Notes: generated from the sequence alone by a model not told the origin. 64,000 bases of DNA from Christensenellales bacterium (GCA_045226335.1 JBGVCH010000085.1:1819-65818); one strand, 5' to 3'. Shown: positions 49,605 through 59,729, counted from the first letter of the stretch. Program-made: numbers and translations.

Positions 49605-50354
49605 ATGCCTGACGCACATGCGCTCTCCCTGGAAGCGATCCACGCGGAGCTCATCGAACAGTTGAAGGACATCACGGCGATATGCGAGCGCCACGGCATC
49701 CGCTACAACATGATGTGCGGAAGCCTGCTGGGCGCGGTTCGGCACAAGGGCTTCATCCCCTGGGATGACGATGTGGACCTGCTCATCACCCGGGAGGAGT
49801 TTACCCGCTTCCGGGAAGTCTACCCGAAGGAATGTGACCCCCGCTTCGAGCTGACCTACCTGAACACCTGGACGCCCCGGGTCATGAACCGGGATCCGGA
49901 AAAGGCCGCCGCTTTCACGGACCTGTTCATCCTGGACCATGTGCCGCCGGAAGGGCTGAAGCGCAAGGTCTGGTTCCTGCGGCTGCACCTGCTGCAGGGC
50001 ATGCTGAAGCGCAACACGGACTACTCCCGCTTCGGGCTGAAGAACCGCATTCTCCTCCGCACGACCCACCTGATGGGCCTCCCCTTCTCCACCGCGTGGA
50101 AAACCCGGCGTTACGAGAAGATTTCCACCAGGTACACCACGGGAGACGACCTGTGCATGTCCAACGGCGCTTTCGAGCTGATGATGCACATCTGGCATCC
50201 GGACCAGTTCGCTGAGCTGATCGACGCGGATTTCGAGGGCCTGAAGGTCAAGATCCCAGCGAAATACGACGAGGTGCTGACCATTCTCTTCGGTCCGGAT
50301 TACATGACCCCGCCGCCGCCGGAGGAACGGGTGGCCAAGCACCTGGATGTCTGA
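49605..50354 (+). CDS. LicD-family phosphotransferase (phosphocholine or polyol-phosphate transferase family)
   Basis: ICERHGIRYNMMCGSLLGAVRHKGFIPWDDDVDLLI shows the LicD DxD signature. Confidence 0.85.
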   Translation: MPDAHALSLEAIHAELIEQLKDITAICERHGIRYNMMCGSLLGAVRHKGFIPWDDDVDLLITREEFTRFREVYPKECDPRFELTYLNTWTPRVMNRDPEKAAAFTDLFILDHVPPEGLKRKVWFLRLHLLQGMLKRNTDYSRFGLKNRILLRTTHLMGLPFSTAWKTRRYEKISTRYTTGDDLCMSNGAFELMMHIWHPDQFAELIDADFEGLKVKIPAKYDEVLTILFGPDYMTPPPPEERVAKHLDV

Positions 50355-50407
50355 CGGCATTGAAACGAGAGGAAGACGAGAACACAGTTCGGTCGATGGT
50401 TGAGCAC

Positions 50408-51238
50408 ATGAACATGCAGTTGTGTCCACTGTATTCGGGTTCCAGCGGAAACGCCCTCTTCGTCCAGTACGGCGATACCCGGATCCTGATCGACGCCGGA
50501 AAGTCCGGCAGGATGATCACCGACGCCCTGGAATTCATCGGCGTCGATCCCCGGAGCCTGAACGCCATCCTGATCACCCACGAACATTCGGATCACATCG
50601 CCGGCGCCGGCATCCTGGCCCGGAAGCTGAAGATCCCGGTGTACGCCACCCGCGGCACCTGGAACGCCATGGCGTCAAAGATCGGTCCGGTGCCGGAGGA
50701 TTTCCGCCGAGAGATCGAGCCCGGCGGCGACCTGCTGATCGGGAAACTGGGCATTTCGTCCTTTCCCATTCCCCATGACGCAGCCCAGCCCGTGGGCTAC
50801 CGGCTCTGGGGCGGCAGCGTATCCGCGGCCACGGTGACCGACCTGGGGCATTTCACCGAGAGCGTTCTCAGCGCGGTCCGGGGCGCGGATCTGGTGCTGC
50901 TGGAGTCCAACCATGACCCGGACATGCTGCTGGCCAACGACCACTACAGCCAGGCCCTGAAACGGCGGATCCTGGGCAACCACGGCCATCTTTCCAACGA
51001 GGCCTGCGCGGAAGCCGCCGTGCGCCTGGTCGACAACGGCGTGCGGAACCTGATCCTGGGGCACCTGTCCGGGGAGAACAACACCCCACGCCTGGCCCTG
51101 ACCACCACGGAGACCCGCTGTGAGCTGGAAGGCATCCGGCTGGGACAGGATCTCTTTATCGACATCGCCTACCGGGACCGGGTGGGCGGGGTGTATACCC
51201 TGACCCCCAGAGACCCCTGGGCTGAGCAGAGCATCTGA
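50408..51238 (+). CDS. MBL-fold metallo-hydrolase (YycJ/WalJ-like). The start codon is uncertain, with candidates between 50360 and 50414.
   Basis: LYSGSSGNALFVQYGDTRILIDAG...ILITHEHSDHIAG shows the HxHxDH motif. Confidence 0.8.
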   Translation: MNMQLCPLYSGSSGNALFVQYGDTRILIDAGKSGRMITDALEFIGVDPRSLNAILITHEHSDHIAGAGILARKLKIPVYATRGTWNAMASKIGPVPEDFRREIEPGGDLLIGKLGISSFPIPHDAAQPVGYRLWGGSVSAATVTDLGHFTESVLSAVRGADLVLLESNHDPDMLLANDHYSQALKRRILGNHGHLSNEACAEAAVRLVDNGVRNLILGHLSGENNTPRLALTTTETRCELEGIRLGQDLFIDIAYRDRVGGVYTLTPRDPWAEQSI

Positions 51239-51256
51239 AGAAAAGAGGTGAAAGAC

Positions 51257-53170
51257 ATGATCCTGCTGTCACTGCAAGGCGTGCGGAAGAGTTTTGGCAC
51301 CAACGAGGTCCTGCGGGACGTGTCTTTCACGCTTCAAAATGGCGAGCGCATGGGCCTGGTGGGGGTCAACGGCAGCGGCAAGTCCACGCTGATGAAGATC
51401 ATCGCCGGGTTGGAGACCGCGGACGACGGCACCATCACCATGCAGAAAGGTCTGCGTTTCGGTTACCTGGCCCAACAGGGCGAGGTCAGCCCGGATCGCA
51501 CGGTGCTGGAGGAGCTTGAGAGCGTCTTCGAGCCCGTGGTGGCCATGGAACGCCAGCTGCGCCAGCTGGAAGCCGACATGGCGGAGAGCGCCGGAGACGA
51601 AGCCCTGCTGAGACGCCTCGGGAGCCAGTACGACCAGCTGACCAGGGATTTCGAGCGGGCCAACGGTTACGGCTGGAAGTCCCAGGTCCAGGGCGTTCTG
51701 GCCGGCCTCGGTTTCCGGAAGGACCAGCAGCAGCAAAAGGCGTGCCTGCTGTCCGGCGGTGAGCGCACCCGGCTGTGTCTGGGCCGGATGCTCCTCACGG
51801 AGCCGGACGTCCTGCTTCTGGATGAGCCCACCAACCATCTGGACCTGAAGGCCATCAGCTGGCTGGAGGATTATCTGCAGAACTGGCGCGGCGCCGTTCT
51901 GCTGATCAGCCATGACCGCTACTTCATGGACCATGTCTGCGGACGCATGGCGGAACTGCTCTTCGGCCGCATCGAGTGCTACAACGGCAACTACACCGAG
52001 TACAACGCCCAGCGGGCCGAGCGGTTCGCGATCCGCATGAAGGCCTGGCAGCTGCAGCAGAGGGAGATCGCCCGGCAGGAGGCCATCATCGCGCGATACC
52101 GGTCCTTCAACCGGGAAAAAAGCATCAAAGCCGCCGAGAGCAAGGAAAAGCGGCTGGAAAAGGTCGAGCGGCTGGAAAAGCCCACGGACGAGAGCGCCAT
52201 CCGCTTCCGGTTCGATGTCCGCCGCCGCACCGGCGACGATGTGCTGATGGCGGAAGAACTGCGGAAGGGCTATGACGGGCGCACCCTCTTCGAGCATGTG
52301 AAGCTGCACCTGCGGGCCGGCGACCGCTGCGCCCTTATCGGGGACAACGGCGTCGGCAAGACCACCCTGCTGCGCTGCATTGTCGGCGAAGAGAAGCCTG
52401 ACGGCGGCACGATCCGCTTCGGCGCCGGCGTGGACATCGGCTACTACGACCAGCACCAGGCCAAGCTCCACAACGGCAAGACCGTGCTGGACGAGGTGTG
52501 GGACGACTTCCGCCGGCTGGATCAGACCGAAGTCCGCGGCGCCCTGGGGCTCTTCCTCTTCACCGGGGACGAGGTGCTGATGCCCGTCGGTACGCTTTCC
52601 GGCGGCGAAAAAGGCCGGGTGGCCCTGACAAAGCTCATGCTGCACAAGGACAATCTGCTGCTGCTGGACGAGCCCACCAACCACCTGGACATGGACAGCC
52701 GCGAGGTGCTGGAGCAGGCTCTGCAGGACTTCCCCGGCACCATTCTGGCCATCAGCCACGACCGCTACTTCATTAACAAGTTCGCGGAGAAGGTGCTGGT
52801 CCTCACCCCGGACGGGCTTCAGGAGTACCTGGGCAACTACGACGACTACTTCGAGAAGATCAACCGGGAACTGCCCCCCGACGGGGATGCCCCGTCCGTG
52901 ACCCGCACCCAGCAGGACAAGGCCAGGCGCAAGTCCCGGGACGAACTGCAGCGGCAGAAGGAACGCAAACAGCAGCTGAAGGACGCGGAAGACGCCGTGA
53001 CGCGGGCGGAGGAAGAGGCGTCGGACATGGAGATGCGCCTGGCGGATCCGGCCATCTGGCAGGACCCGGACAGCGCCGCGGCCCTGACGAAAGCCTACCA
53101 GCTGAAAAAGGATGAACTGGCCGCTCTCTACGCCCGGTGGGAAACCCTGGAAGCGGAGGCGTCGGAATGA
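51257..53170 (+). CDS. ABC-F family ATPase, a translation-factor type with two NBDs, a linker and a C-terminal coiled coil
   Basis: The Walker A motifs are GVNGSGKST and GDNGVGKTT. The signatures are LSGGERTRL and LSGGEKGRV. There are no TM domains. The tail is Lys/Glu/Arg-rich. An AAGAGG RBS precedes the ATG at 51257. Confidence 0.9.
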   Translation: MILLSLQGVRKSFGTNEVLRDVSFTLQNGERMGLVGVNGSGKSTLMKIIAGLETADDGTITMQKGLRFGYLAQQGEVSPDRTVLEELESVFEPVVAMERQLRQLEADMAESAGDEALLRRLGSQYDQLTRDFERANGYGWKSQVQGVLAGLGFRKDQQQQKACLLSGGERTRLCLGRMLLTEPDVLLLDEPTNHLDLKAISWLEDYLQNWRGAVLLISHDRYFMDHVCGRMAELLFGRIECYNGNYTEYNAQRAERFAIRMKAWQLQQREIARQEAIIARYRSFNREKSIKAAESKEKRLEKVERLEKPTDESAIRFRFDVRRRTGDDVLMAEELRKGYDGRTLFEHVKLHLRAGDRCALIGDNGVGKTTLLRCIVGEEKPDGGTIRFGAGVDIGYYDQHQAKLHNGKTVLDEVWDDFRRLDQTEVRGALGLFLFTGDEVLMPVGTLSGGEKGRVALTKLMLHKDNLLLLDEPTNHLDMDSREVLEQALQDFPGTILAISHDRYFINKFAEKVLVLTPDGLQEYLGNYDDYFEKINRELPPDGDAPSVTRTQQDKARRKSRDELQRQKERKQQLKDAEDAVTRAEEEASDMEMRLADPAIWQDPDSAAALTKAYQLKKDELAALYARWETLEAEASE

Positions 53171-53697
53171 ACATCGTTCTCGTGGAGCCGGAGATCCCGC
53201 AGAATACCGGCAACATCGCCCGGACCTGCGCCGCCACCGGCTCCGAGCTGCACCTGATCCGTCCCCTGGGCTTTTCGCTGGACGACCGGTACATGCGCCG
53301 GGCCGGGCTGGATTACTGGTTTCTGATGAAGTACCGTGTCTATGACGATCTGGCGGACTTCTTCCGGCAGCATCCCGGCGCCCGGTGCTGGTTCGCCTCC
53401 ACCAAAGCGCCAGGCAGCTATACCGATGTGCGGTACGGACCGGAAGACTTTCTTGTCTTCGGCCGGGAATCCAGGGGCCTGCCGGAAAACCTCCTGGCCG
53501 CGGAGTATGAACGCTGCGTCCGGATCCCCATGCGGCCCAAAGCCCGGAGTTTGAACCTATCAAACGCCGTGGCGGTGGTCCTGTACGAAGCCCTGCGGCA
53601 AACGGGGTTTCCGGGCCTGTCGGATCACGGCGAGCTCACCGGACGGCAGGAGCCGGAAGGCGCCTGGTTGGATTACCTGGGCGGAAATCCCGAATAA
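53167..53697 (+). CDS. trmL: tRNA (cytidine/uridine-2'-O-)-methyltransferase TrmL (SpoU family)
   Basis: MNIVLVEPEIPQNTGNIARTCAATGSELHLIRPLGF...FGRESRGLP...IPM....SLNLSNAVAVVLYEA is present. Confidence 0.9.
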   Translation: MNIVLVEPEIPQNTGNIARTCAATGSELHLIRPLGFSLDDRYMRRAGLDYWFLMKYRVYDDLADFFRQHPGARCWFASTKAPGSYTDVRYGPEDFLVFGRESRGLPENLLAAEYERCVRIPMRPKARSLNLSNAVAVVLYEALRQTGFPGLSDHGELTGRQEPEGAWLDYLGGNPE

Positions 53698-53715
53698 AGG
53701 AAATGAGGGAAACAT

Positions 53716-55086
53716 ATGAAACTTTGGGGCGGACGCTTCAGCAAGGCCACCGACGGCCTGGTGGACGACTTCAACTCCTCCATCAGCTTTGACAAGCGGC
53801 TCTATGAGCAGGACATCCTGGGTTCTGTCGCCCACGCCACCATGCTGGGCGAGCAGGGCATCATCCCCGCGGAGGACGCCGCGGCCATCGTGGCCGGCCT
53901 GAAGGACATCCTGGCCGACGCCAAAGCCGGAAAAATCGAATGGATGACCGATGCCGAGGACATCCACATGAATGTAGAAACCATCCTGACGCAGCGCATC
54001 GGCGAGGCCGGCAAGCGGCTCCACACGGGCCGGAGCCGCAACGACCAGGTGGCGCTGGACACCCACATGTACGCAAGGCAGTGCTGCCGCGAGGCCCGGG
54101 ATCTGGTGGCCGACCTCATCACCGCCCTGCTGGACATTGCCCAGGACAACCTGCACACCGTCATGCCGGGATACACCCACATGCAGAAGGCCCAGCCCAT
54201 CACCCTGGCGCACCACATGATGGCCTATGTACAGATGTTCCTGCGGGACCGGAGCCGTTTCGCCCGGGCGGAGGAGGCGGCCGACGTCATGCCGCTGGGC
54301 TCCGGCGCTCTGGCCGGGACCACCTATCCGCTGAACCGGGAACGGGTGGCGGAGCTGCTGGACTTCCCCGCCATCACGGCCAACAGCCTGGACGGCGTCA
54401 GTGACCGGGATTACCTCCTGGATTACCTGCACGCGGCCTCCGTCTGCATGATGCACCTGTCGCGCTTCTCGGAGGAGCTGATCCTCTGGTCCACCACGGA
54501 GTTCCGCTTCGTGGTCATGGACGACGCCTTCTCCACCGGATCCTCCATCATGCCGCAAAAGAAAAACCCCGACGTGGCGGAGCTGATCCGAGGCAAGACC
54601 GGCCGGGTCTACGGCGACCTGATGGGTCTGCTGACCGTCATGAAGGGCCTCCCGCTCGCCTACAACAAGGACATGCAGGAGGACAAGGAGGGCTTCTTTG
54701 ACGCGAGGGACACCCTGGTGAAGTCCCTGACGGTGTTCACCGCCATGCTTCGGACCCTGACCTTCCGCAAGGATGAAATGGCCCGGGGCACGGAGAGCGG
54801 CTTCACCAACGCCACGGACTGCGCCGACTATCTGGTGCGCAAGGGCGTGGCCTTCCGGGATGCTCACCGGGTGGTGGGACAGCTGGTGGCCCACTGTCTG
54901 GATCAGGACAAAGCCCTTCTGGATCTGCGGTTGGAGGAGCTTCGGAAGTTCCATCCCGCTTTTGACAGCGACGTGTATGAGGCCATGAGCAGCAAGGCCT
55001 GCGTGGAACGGCGGAACCTGCCCGGCGGACCCGCGCCGGAAGCGGTGCAGGCCGCCATCGACGCGGCCCGGGCCGCGCTGGGCTGA
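53716..55086 (+). CDS. argH: Argininosuccinate lyase
   Basis: MKLWGGRFSK, ...HTGRSRNDQVA and ...GSSIMPQKKNPD (fumarate lyase signature) are present. Confidence 0.95.
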   Translation: MKLWGGRFSKATDGLVDDFNSSISFDKRLYEQDILGSVAHATMLGEQGIIPAEDAAAIVAGLKDILADAKAGKIEWMTDAEDIHMNVETILTQRIGEAGKRLHTGRSRNDQVALDTHMYARQCCREARDLVADLITALLDIAQDNLHTVMPGYTHMQKAQPITLAHHMMAYVQMFLRDRSRFARAEEAADVMPLGSGALAGTTYPLNRERVAELLDFPAITANSLDGVSDRDYLLDYLHAASVCMMHLSRFSEELILWSTTEFRFVVMDDAFSTGSSIMPQKKNPDVAELIRGKTGRVYGDLMGLLTVMKGLPLAYNKDMQEDKEGFFDARDTLVKSLTVFTAMLRTLTFRKDEMARGTESGFTNATDCADYLVRKGVAFRDAHRVVGQLVAHCLDQDKALLDLRLEELRKFHPAFDSDVYEAMSSKACVERRNLPGGPAPEAVQAAIDAARAALG

Positions 55087-55098
55087 GGAGGGAACCCC

Positions 55099-56307
55099 AT
55101 GACCGTGACGTGGGCGGAGATCGTGCTGCTGATGCTGACGGCGGCCGTCATCGGGCTGCTGGCCGCCCTGCTGATCCAGCAGCGGGGGCAGCGGAGCGGC
55201 GAGAGACTGAACGCCCAGCAGCAGGCTTCCCTGATCAACCAGGTGGCGGATGAACTGCTGGACGCCCTGGACAGCGAAAAAGGCGCCATGCAGCAGGCCC
55301 TCCGGGACGCTTCCGCCGCCCAGGGACAGCTGGGTCAGGCCCAGCAGGCCCAGTTCGGCACCATGCTGGAAACCATCCGCCAGCTGGACGCCCGCATGGC
55401 GGAGATGCGCCGGGAAAACGCGGCCCAGCTCAGCGAGATGCAGCGCAGCGTGGACGAACGCCTGGCGGAATCCCTGGACCGGCGGCTGGGCGAGAGCTTC
55501 GAGCTGGTATCCAGGCGGCTGGATCAGGTGTCCCGCGGCCTTGGGGAAATGCAAAGCCTGGCGGCCGGCGTCAGCGACCTGCGAAAGGTCTTCGCCAACG
55601 TGAAGACCCGGGGCGTCTGGGGCGAGGTCCAACTTGGATCCCTTCTGTCGGAAATCCTGGCCCCCGGTCAGTATGAGACCAACGTCTGCGTCGTTCCCGG
55701 AAGCCAGGAACGCGTGGAATTTGCCATCCGCCTCCCGGGGCGGGACGGCAGCGAAGTCTGGCTACCCATCGACGCGAAGTTTCCACAGGAGGACTGGCTG
55801 CGGCTGCAGGACGCCTCGGCCGAAGGGGACGCCGCCGCCGCGGAACAGAGCCGCCGGGCCCTGCGCGCCCGTCTGAAGACCGAAGCCAAGCGGATTGCCT
55901 CCAAGTATGTAGCCCCGCCTTACTCCACGGACTTCGCGGTGATGTTCCTGCCGGTGGAAGGGCTGTACGCCGAGGCGGTCCGGGACGCCGGGCTGATGGA
56001 GGAGCTCCAGCGGGACAGCCGCATTGTCATGGCCGGGCCTTCCACCTTTGCCGCCCTGCTGAACGCCCTTCAAATGGGCTTCCGGACCCTGGCCATCGAG
56101 CAGCGATCCGGCGAGGTCTGGCAGCTGCTCGGCGAGGTCCGGGGCGACTTCGGCCGTTTCGCGGACACACTGGAAAAGACCCGCCAGCGCCTGCAGCAGG
56201 CCAGCGAGTCCATGGATACCGCCATGTCCAGAACCAACGCCATCCGGGGCCGCCTCAACAGCCTCGATCTGGACGCCGGGGCCGGCGACGCGCCATCCGA
56301 TCCATAA
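55099..56307 (+). CDS. rmuC: DNA recombination protein RmuC
   Basis: An N-terminal TM segment is followed by a long coiled coil. It continues ...NVKTRGVWGEVQL...VEFAIRLPG....LPIDAKFP...VMFLPVEGLY. Confidence 0.9.
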   Translation: MTVTWAEIVLLMLTAAVIGLLAALLIQQRGQRSGERLNAQQQASLINQVADELLDALDSEKGAMQQALRDASAAQGQLGQAQQAQFGTMLETIRQLDARMAEMRRENAAQLSEMQRSVDERLAESLDRRLGESFELVSRRLDQVSRGLGEMQSLAAGVSDLRKVFANVKTRGVWGEVQLGSLLSEILAPGQYETNVCVVPGSQERVEFAIRLPGRDGSEVWLPIDAKFPQEDWLRLQDASAEGDAAAAEQSRRALRARLKTEAKRIASKYVAPPYSTDFAVMFLPVEGLYAEAVRDAGLMEELQRDSRIVMAGPSTFAALLNALQMGFRTLAIEQRSGEVWQLLGEVRGDFGRFADTLEKTRQRLQQASESMDTAMSRTNAIRGRLNSLDLDAGAGDAPSDP

Positions 56308-56310
56308 GCG

Positions 56311-59300
56311 TTACGATTCTTCCTGGGTTTCCTTGCCGGTGACGGAAGCCCAGGCTTTTTCTTTGTCCATGTCCATCACCCTCGGCGCCCAGCCCTTCAC
56401 GCTCTCGTCCCGGCCGCAGATGTCGGCATAGTCACAGTGCTCGCAGGCTGTCCACTCCCCCATCTGTGCCGGCGCGATGTCAATTCGGCCGCCGAGGATG
56501 TCCTCCGCGAGGCTTGCGGCGGTCTTCCGCGCGCTCTTCATCATGGCCCGCATACCGGCCAGGTCCGTGGACAAGCCGCTGTTTTTCGAGACGGACCCGT
56601 CCTTGTTCAGGGTTGCCGTCACCGCGTATCCGGGTTCCCCGCCGTTCATGGCCTCGATGACTTCCGCCTCCGCCAGGGTGACGCCCTTCAGCTTCCATTC
56701 CCTGGCCAGCAGCTTCTCCACGCTCTCCCGGATGTCGTCGTCCGAGTTCACCAGCGGATCCTGCACCCTGAAATAGTATGCGCCGGCCGGTTTCGCGTGC
56801 AGGCCCTGTTCCGCCGCCGCCAGGTAGATGGCCAGCTGAAGCTGCAGGCCCCAGTACATGCGCTGGGGCTGAAGGTCCCGGTCGCCGCTCTTGTAGTCCA
56901 CCACCCGGAGCACAACGCTGTCCCCCTGCTCCCAGGTGTCGATCCGGTCGATGACACCCCGCAGCGCCACCCTGCGCCCGTCCGAAAGGTTCAGCATCAC
57001 CGGCGGGAGGCCGTCGCTCTCCCCGAAGCGCACCTCGGCCTTTGAAGCCTGAAACCCGGTGTTCCTGGCAAAGCGGGTAAACATCCAGGCAGCCCGCCGG
57101 ACCGTCCGCTGATACTCCTCCCCCGCGATCCGCCCGATCTCGTCCTCCGTCAGGGGGCCGTCCGCCCAGGTCTCCGTCTCCGGGGCCATGGCGCGGTTCA
57201 CCAGCTCGTTGACGGCCGCGTCCGGGAGATCCGGCCAGGCCGGTTCCTGCGCGGCCAGCTCCGCATAGCGGCAGAGGGCGGCGTGGAAGAAATTCCCGCG
57301 CTCGTCCGCGCTCATCTCAAACGTGCCGGGGATCGTCGGCTTCAGTCCGTAGTCGATGAAATGGCGATAGGGGCAGCCGGCAAACGTCTCCAGGCGGCTG
57401 ATGGAGATTTCTTCCCGCCCGAAAAGCCTCCGGGCGTCCTCCGGGTCCAGGGGCGGCGCACTGATGCGGGCATGCATGCTCTCCACGATTTCCGCGGCTT
57501 CGTCTCCCCAGCGCGGATCGTGCTGCAGGCGATCCCACGCCTCCGCCCACACGGGTTCCAGCGGCGTTCCGTCCCGCCTGGCCCGGCGAATGCGGAACGG
57601 CAGGCCTTCCACCGCCAGCATCGGCGACAGGGGCAGGGTCTCCTCCGCCTCCGAGGCGCCACCGGTCCACTGGGCCTTCGGGAACACCCCCACCAGGTCG
57701 TCCAGCAGCGTGCAATGCCGCAGGGGACTGCCGTCCACCGCGCTGGCGGAGCAGGTGATGAGCAGGGCCTTCTCCGGCATGGTCATGGTGCGGTAAAAGT
57801 CCGACCGTCTCAGCGCGTTCTGCAGTTCGGCGCCGATGCCGATCCGGATCTTGGTCACCGCCTCAATGGCTGAGCGCTCCGCGTCTGTCAGCAGGCTCCG
57901 GCCGGTGGACCGCATGGCGCCGTCCTGCATGCCCATCACCACCATAGCGTCCATCGCGCCGGTCATCAGGTGGCCCGCCTCGCCGATGATCACGGTGTCG
58001 GCCGCGGGGGGTAGCGAGCTGATCTCCGCGCCGCTGAGGCCGGACTCCACCAGCCGGGCCACATCCTTCAGGCCGGGCCGCATCCCCGTCAGCAGGGCGT
58101 GCATCTGTTCCAGCAAGTCCAGCATCAGCCGCCAGATCTGGCGGTTCTGGGCCGCCTCCGTCTGCATACCCCGACTCAGGAGTTCTTCCTCCCGGATCAG
58201 CAGGCGGTCGTAGGCCTTCACATCGTCCAGGTACTGCCAGAGGGCTTCCGCGGCATCCATCCCGCGGCTCTCCAGCGCTTTGCGCAGGGCCATCAGCGGC
58301 GTCATCAGCTTCAGCCGGAGCGGTTCTTTCTCCTCCGCGTCCGCCCCTCGGGTGAAGGGAACGGTCCACTTCTTCCAGCGGATGCCGTTGGCAATGGCGT
58401 AGGACCGGAGGGACATCGCCTCCTCCGCGGTCAGCGCGGAAAAACCGCTGGCCGCGCAATCCAGCACATGGCGCTGTTCATAGCCGCTGCTCACCGCCCG
58501 GCAGGCGGAGATCAGCATGCGGCAGAGGCCGTGCCGCGCCGCGCTGTCCTTGCGGGAGAGGTAATGGGGAATGTCCGCCGCCCGCAGGGTCACGGACAGG
58601 GCGCCCGGCAGGGTCACCGTCTCCGCCAGAGCGACGCTCATCCTGCTCCAGGGGATCCCGGCCTCGTGCCAGGACCGCAGCTGGGCGGCCGCCCGCATAG
58701 CCTCCGCGTAAGGGTTGGCCGCCGTATGGATCCGCAGCGCCTCGCAGGGGCCTTCCCAAGGCGCCGCCGCCGGAACGAAGAGATGAGACTCCAGCCAGGC
58801 CAGTTCCGGCGCCACAGGACTGCGGTCCACCGGAACGTCCCGCAGCTTCACCGTGAAGCCCGTGTCCCGCATGCGCTCGATGAAAAACCTGCGGGTCTCC
58901 GCCTGGGTGGTGAAGGCCCGGGCGTCCCGGTCACCGGGCCTGCAAAGGCAAAGGGCAACCGTCAGGGAGTGGGCCAGCCGGGCCGCCTCCGCCAGCAGCA
59001 GACAGAGAGGCGGCGGCAGCACGTCGAAGCCGCAGACATAGAGATCGGCCCCGTCCGCGACCCCGCTGAGGGCAAAGCGATCAATCATCTCCCGCTCGGT
59101 CTGGTCCTCGTCCAGGAAGCGGCCGCTGATCATCAGGCGGTAGGCCTGCCAGACCCTGGCGATGTCCTCCTCCTTGGCACGGGTCAGATGGCCGGGGGTC
59201 TTCTCCGCCGCCGCCATGAGCCATTCGGGATCGTAGCCGGTCTGTTCCAGATCGCCGATCAGCGCGCCCATGCGGTCCGGCAGGCCGGGATTCGACGCGG

Positions 59301-59628
59301 ACGCGCCGTAGTACTGCAGGTTCTTCTGTTCCTCCCGGAGTACCTGGCTAACGGCCATGGCCCGGCCGCGCTCGTTCAGCGGCTGAAGCGGACGCCCCCC
59401 GGCGCGCTCCCGCACCAGCTTCGCCAGGCGGTTCGGAGACATGACGTCCGTGTCCAGCAGGCCGCAGACCTGCAGCCCCTCCAGCAGTTCCCGCTCGCCC
59501 TGCAGGGTGTACTGTTCCGGCACCAACACCAAAACAGGCCTCCTCGCCGCCCTGGACGCCGCGATCTCCGGCATCAGCAGCGGCAGCGCGCGGCCGGTCC
59601 GCATGCTCAGCACCTGGATCTCTGCCAT
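56311..59628 (-). CDS. addB: Helicase-nuclease complex subunit B (AddB/RexB type, PD-(D/E)XK nuclease with an Fe-S cluster)
   Basis: The 1105-aa protein has a C-terminal nuclease motif VVDYKSG. Four Cys are present: CPYRHF upstream plus CEHCDYADIC at the end, matching the AddB 4Fe-4S staple. The N-terminus lacks a Walker A. Confidence 0.8.
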   Translation of the reverse strand: MAEIQVLSMRTGRALPLLMPEIAASRAARRPVLVLVPEQYTLQGERELLEGLQVCGLLDTDVMSPNRLAKLVRERAGGRPLQPLNERGRAMAVSQVLREEQKNLQYYGASASNPGLPDRMGALIGDLEQTGYDPEWLMAAAEKTPGHLTRAKEEDIARVWQAYRLMISGRFLDEDQTEREMIDRFALSGVADGADLYVCGFDVLPPPLCLLLAEAARLAHSLTVALCLCRPGDRDARAFTTQAETRRFFIERMRDTGFTVKLRDVPVDRSPVAPELAWLESHLFVPAAAPWEGPCEALRIHTAANPYAEAMRAAAQLRSWHEAGIPWSRMSVALAETVTLPGALSVTLRAADIPHYLSRKDSAARHGLCRMLISACRAVSSGYEQRHVLDCAASGFSALTAEEAMSLRSYAIANGIRWKKWTVPFTRGADAEEKEPLRLKLMTPLMALRKALESRGMDAAEALWQYLDDVKAYDRLLIREEELLSRGMQTEAAQNRQIWRLMLDLLEQMHALLTGMRPGLKDVARLVESGLSGAEISSLPPAADTVIIGEAGHLMTGAMDAMVVMGMQDGAMRSTGRSLLTDAERSAIEAVTKIRIGIGAELQNALRRSDFYRTMTMPEKALLITCSASAVDGSPLRHCTLLDDLVGVFPKAQWTGGASEAEETLPLSPMLAVEGLPFRIRRARRDGTPLEPVWAEAWDRLQHDPRWGDEAAEIVESMHARISAPPLDPEDARRLFGREEISISRLETFAGCPYRHFIDYGLKPTIPGTFEMSADERGNFFHAALCRYAELAAQEPAWPDLPDAAVNELVNRAMAPETETWADGPLTEDEIGRIAGEEYQRTVRRAAWMFTRFARNTGFQASKAEVRFGESDGLPPVMLNLSDGRRVALRGVIDRIDTWEQGDSVVLRVVDYKSGDRDLQPQRMYWGLQLQLAIYLAAAEQGLHAKPAGAYYFRVQDPLVNSDDDIRESVEKLLAREWKLKGVTLAEAEVIEAMNGGEPGYAVTATLNKDGSVSKNSGLSTDLAGMRAMMKSARKTAASLAEDILGGRIDIAPAQMGEWTACEHCDYADICGRDESVKGWAPRVMDMDKEKAWASVTGKETQEES

Positions 59629-59729
59629 TTCTCCTCGCTCCTTTCACCGGAATTGTACCACGGAAAAGGGCCGGCGGTCAATGATCTCCGGCCCGGATCA
59701 GCACGTCGACTTGCGCATTCCGGGTGCTG

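Noticed and set aside
47797-50354. The idea that the ThDP enzyme pair plus LicD represents a phosphonate (2-AEP) glycan-decoration pathway, with a phosphonopyruvate decarboxylase
   Set aside because: The two proteins have full-length split-transketolase signatures of 291 and 310 aa, with GDG...N and pyrimidine-binding domains, rather than the shorter Ppd subunits. No PEP mutase or aminotransferase is present.
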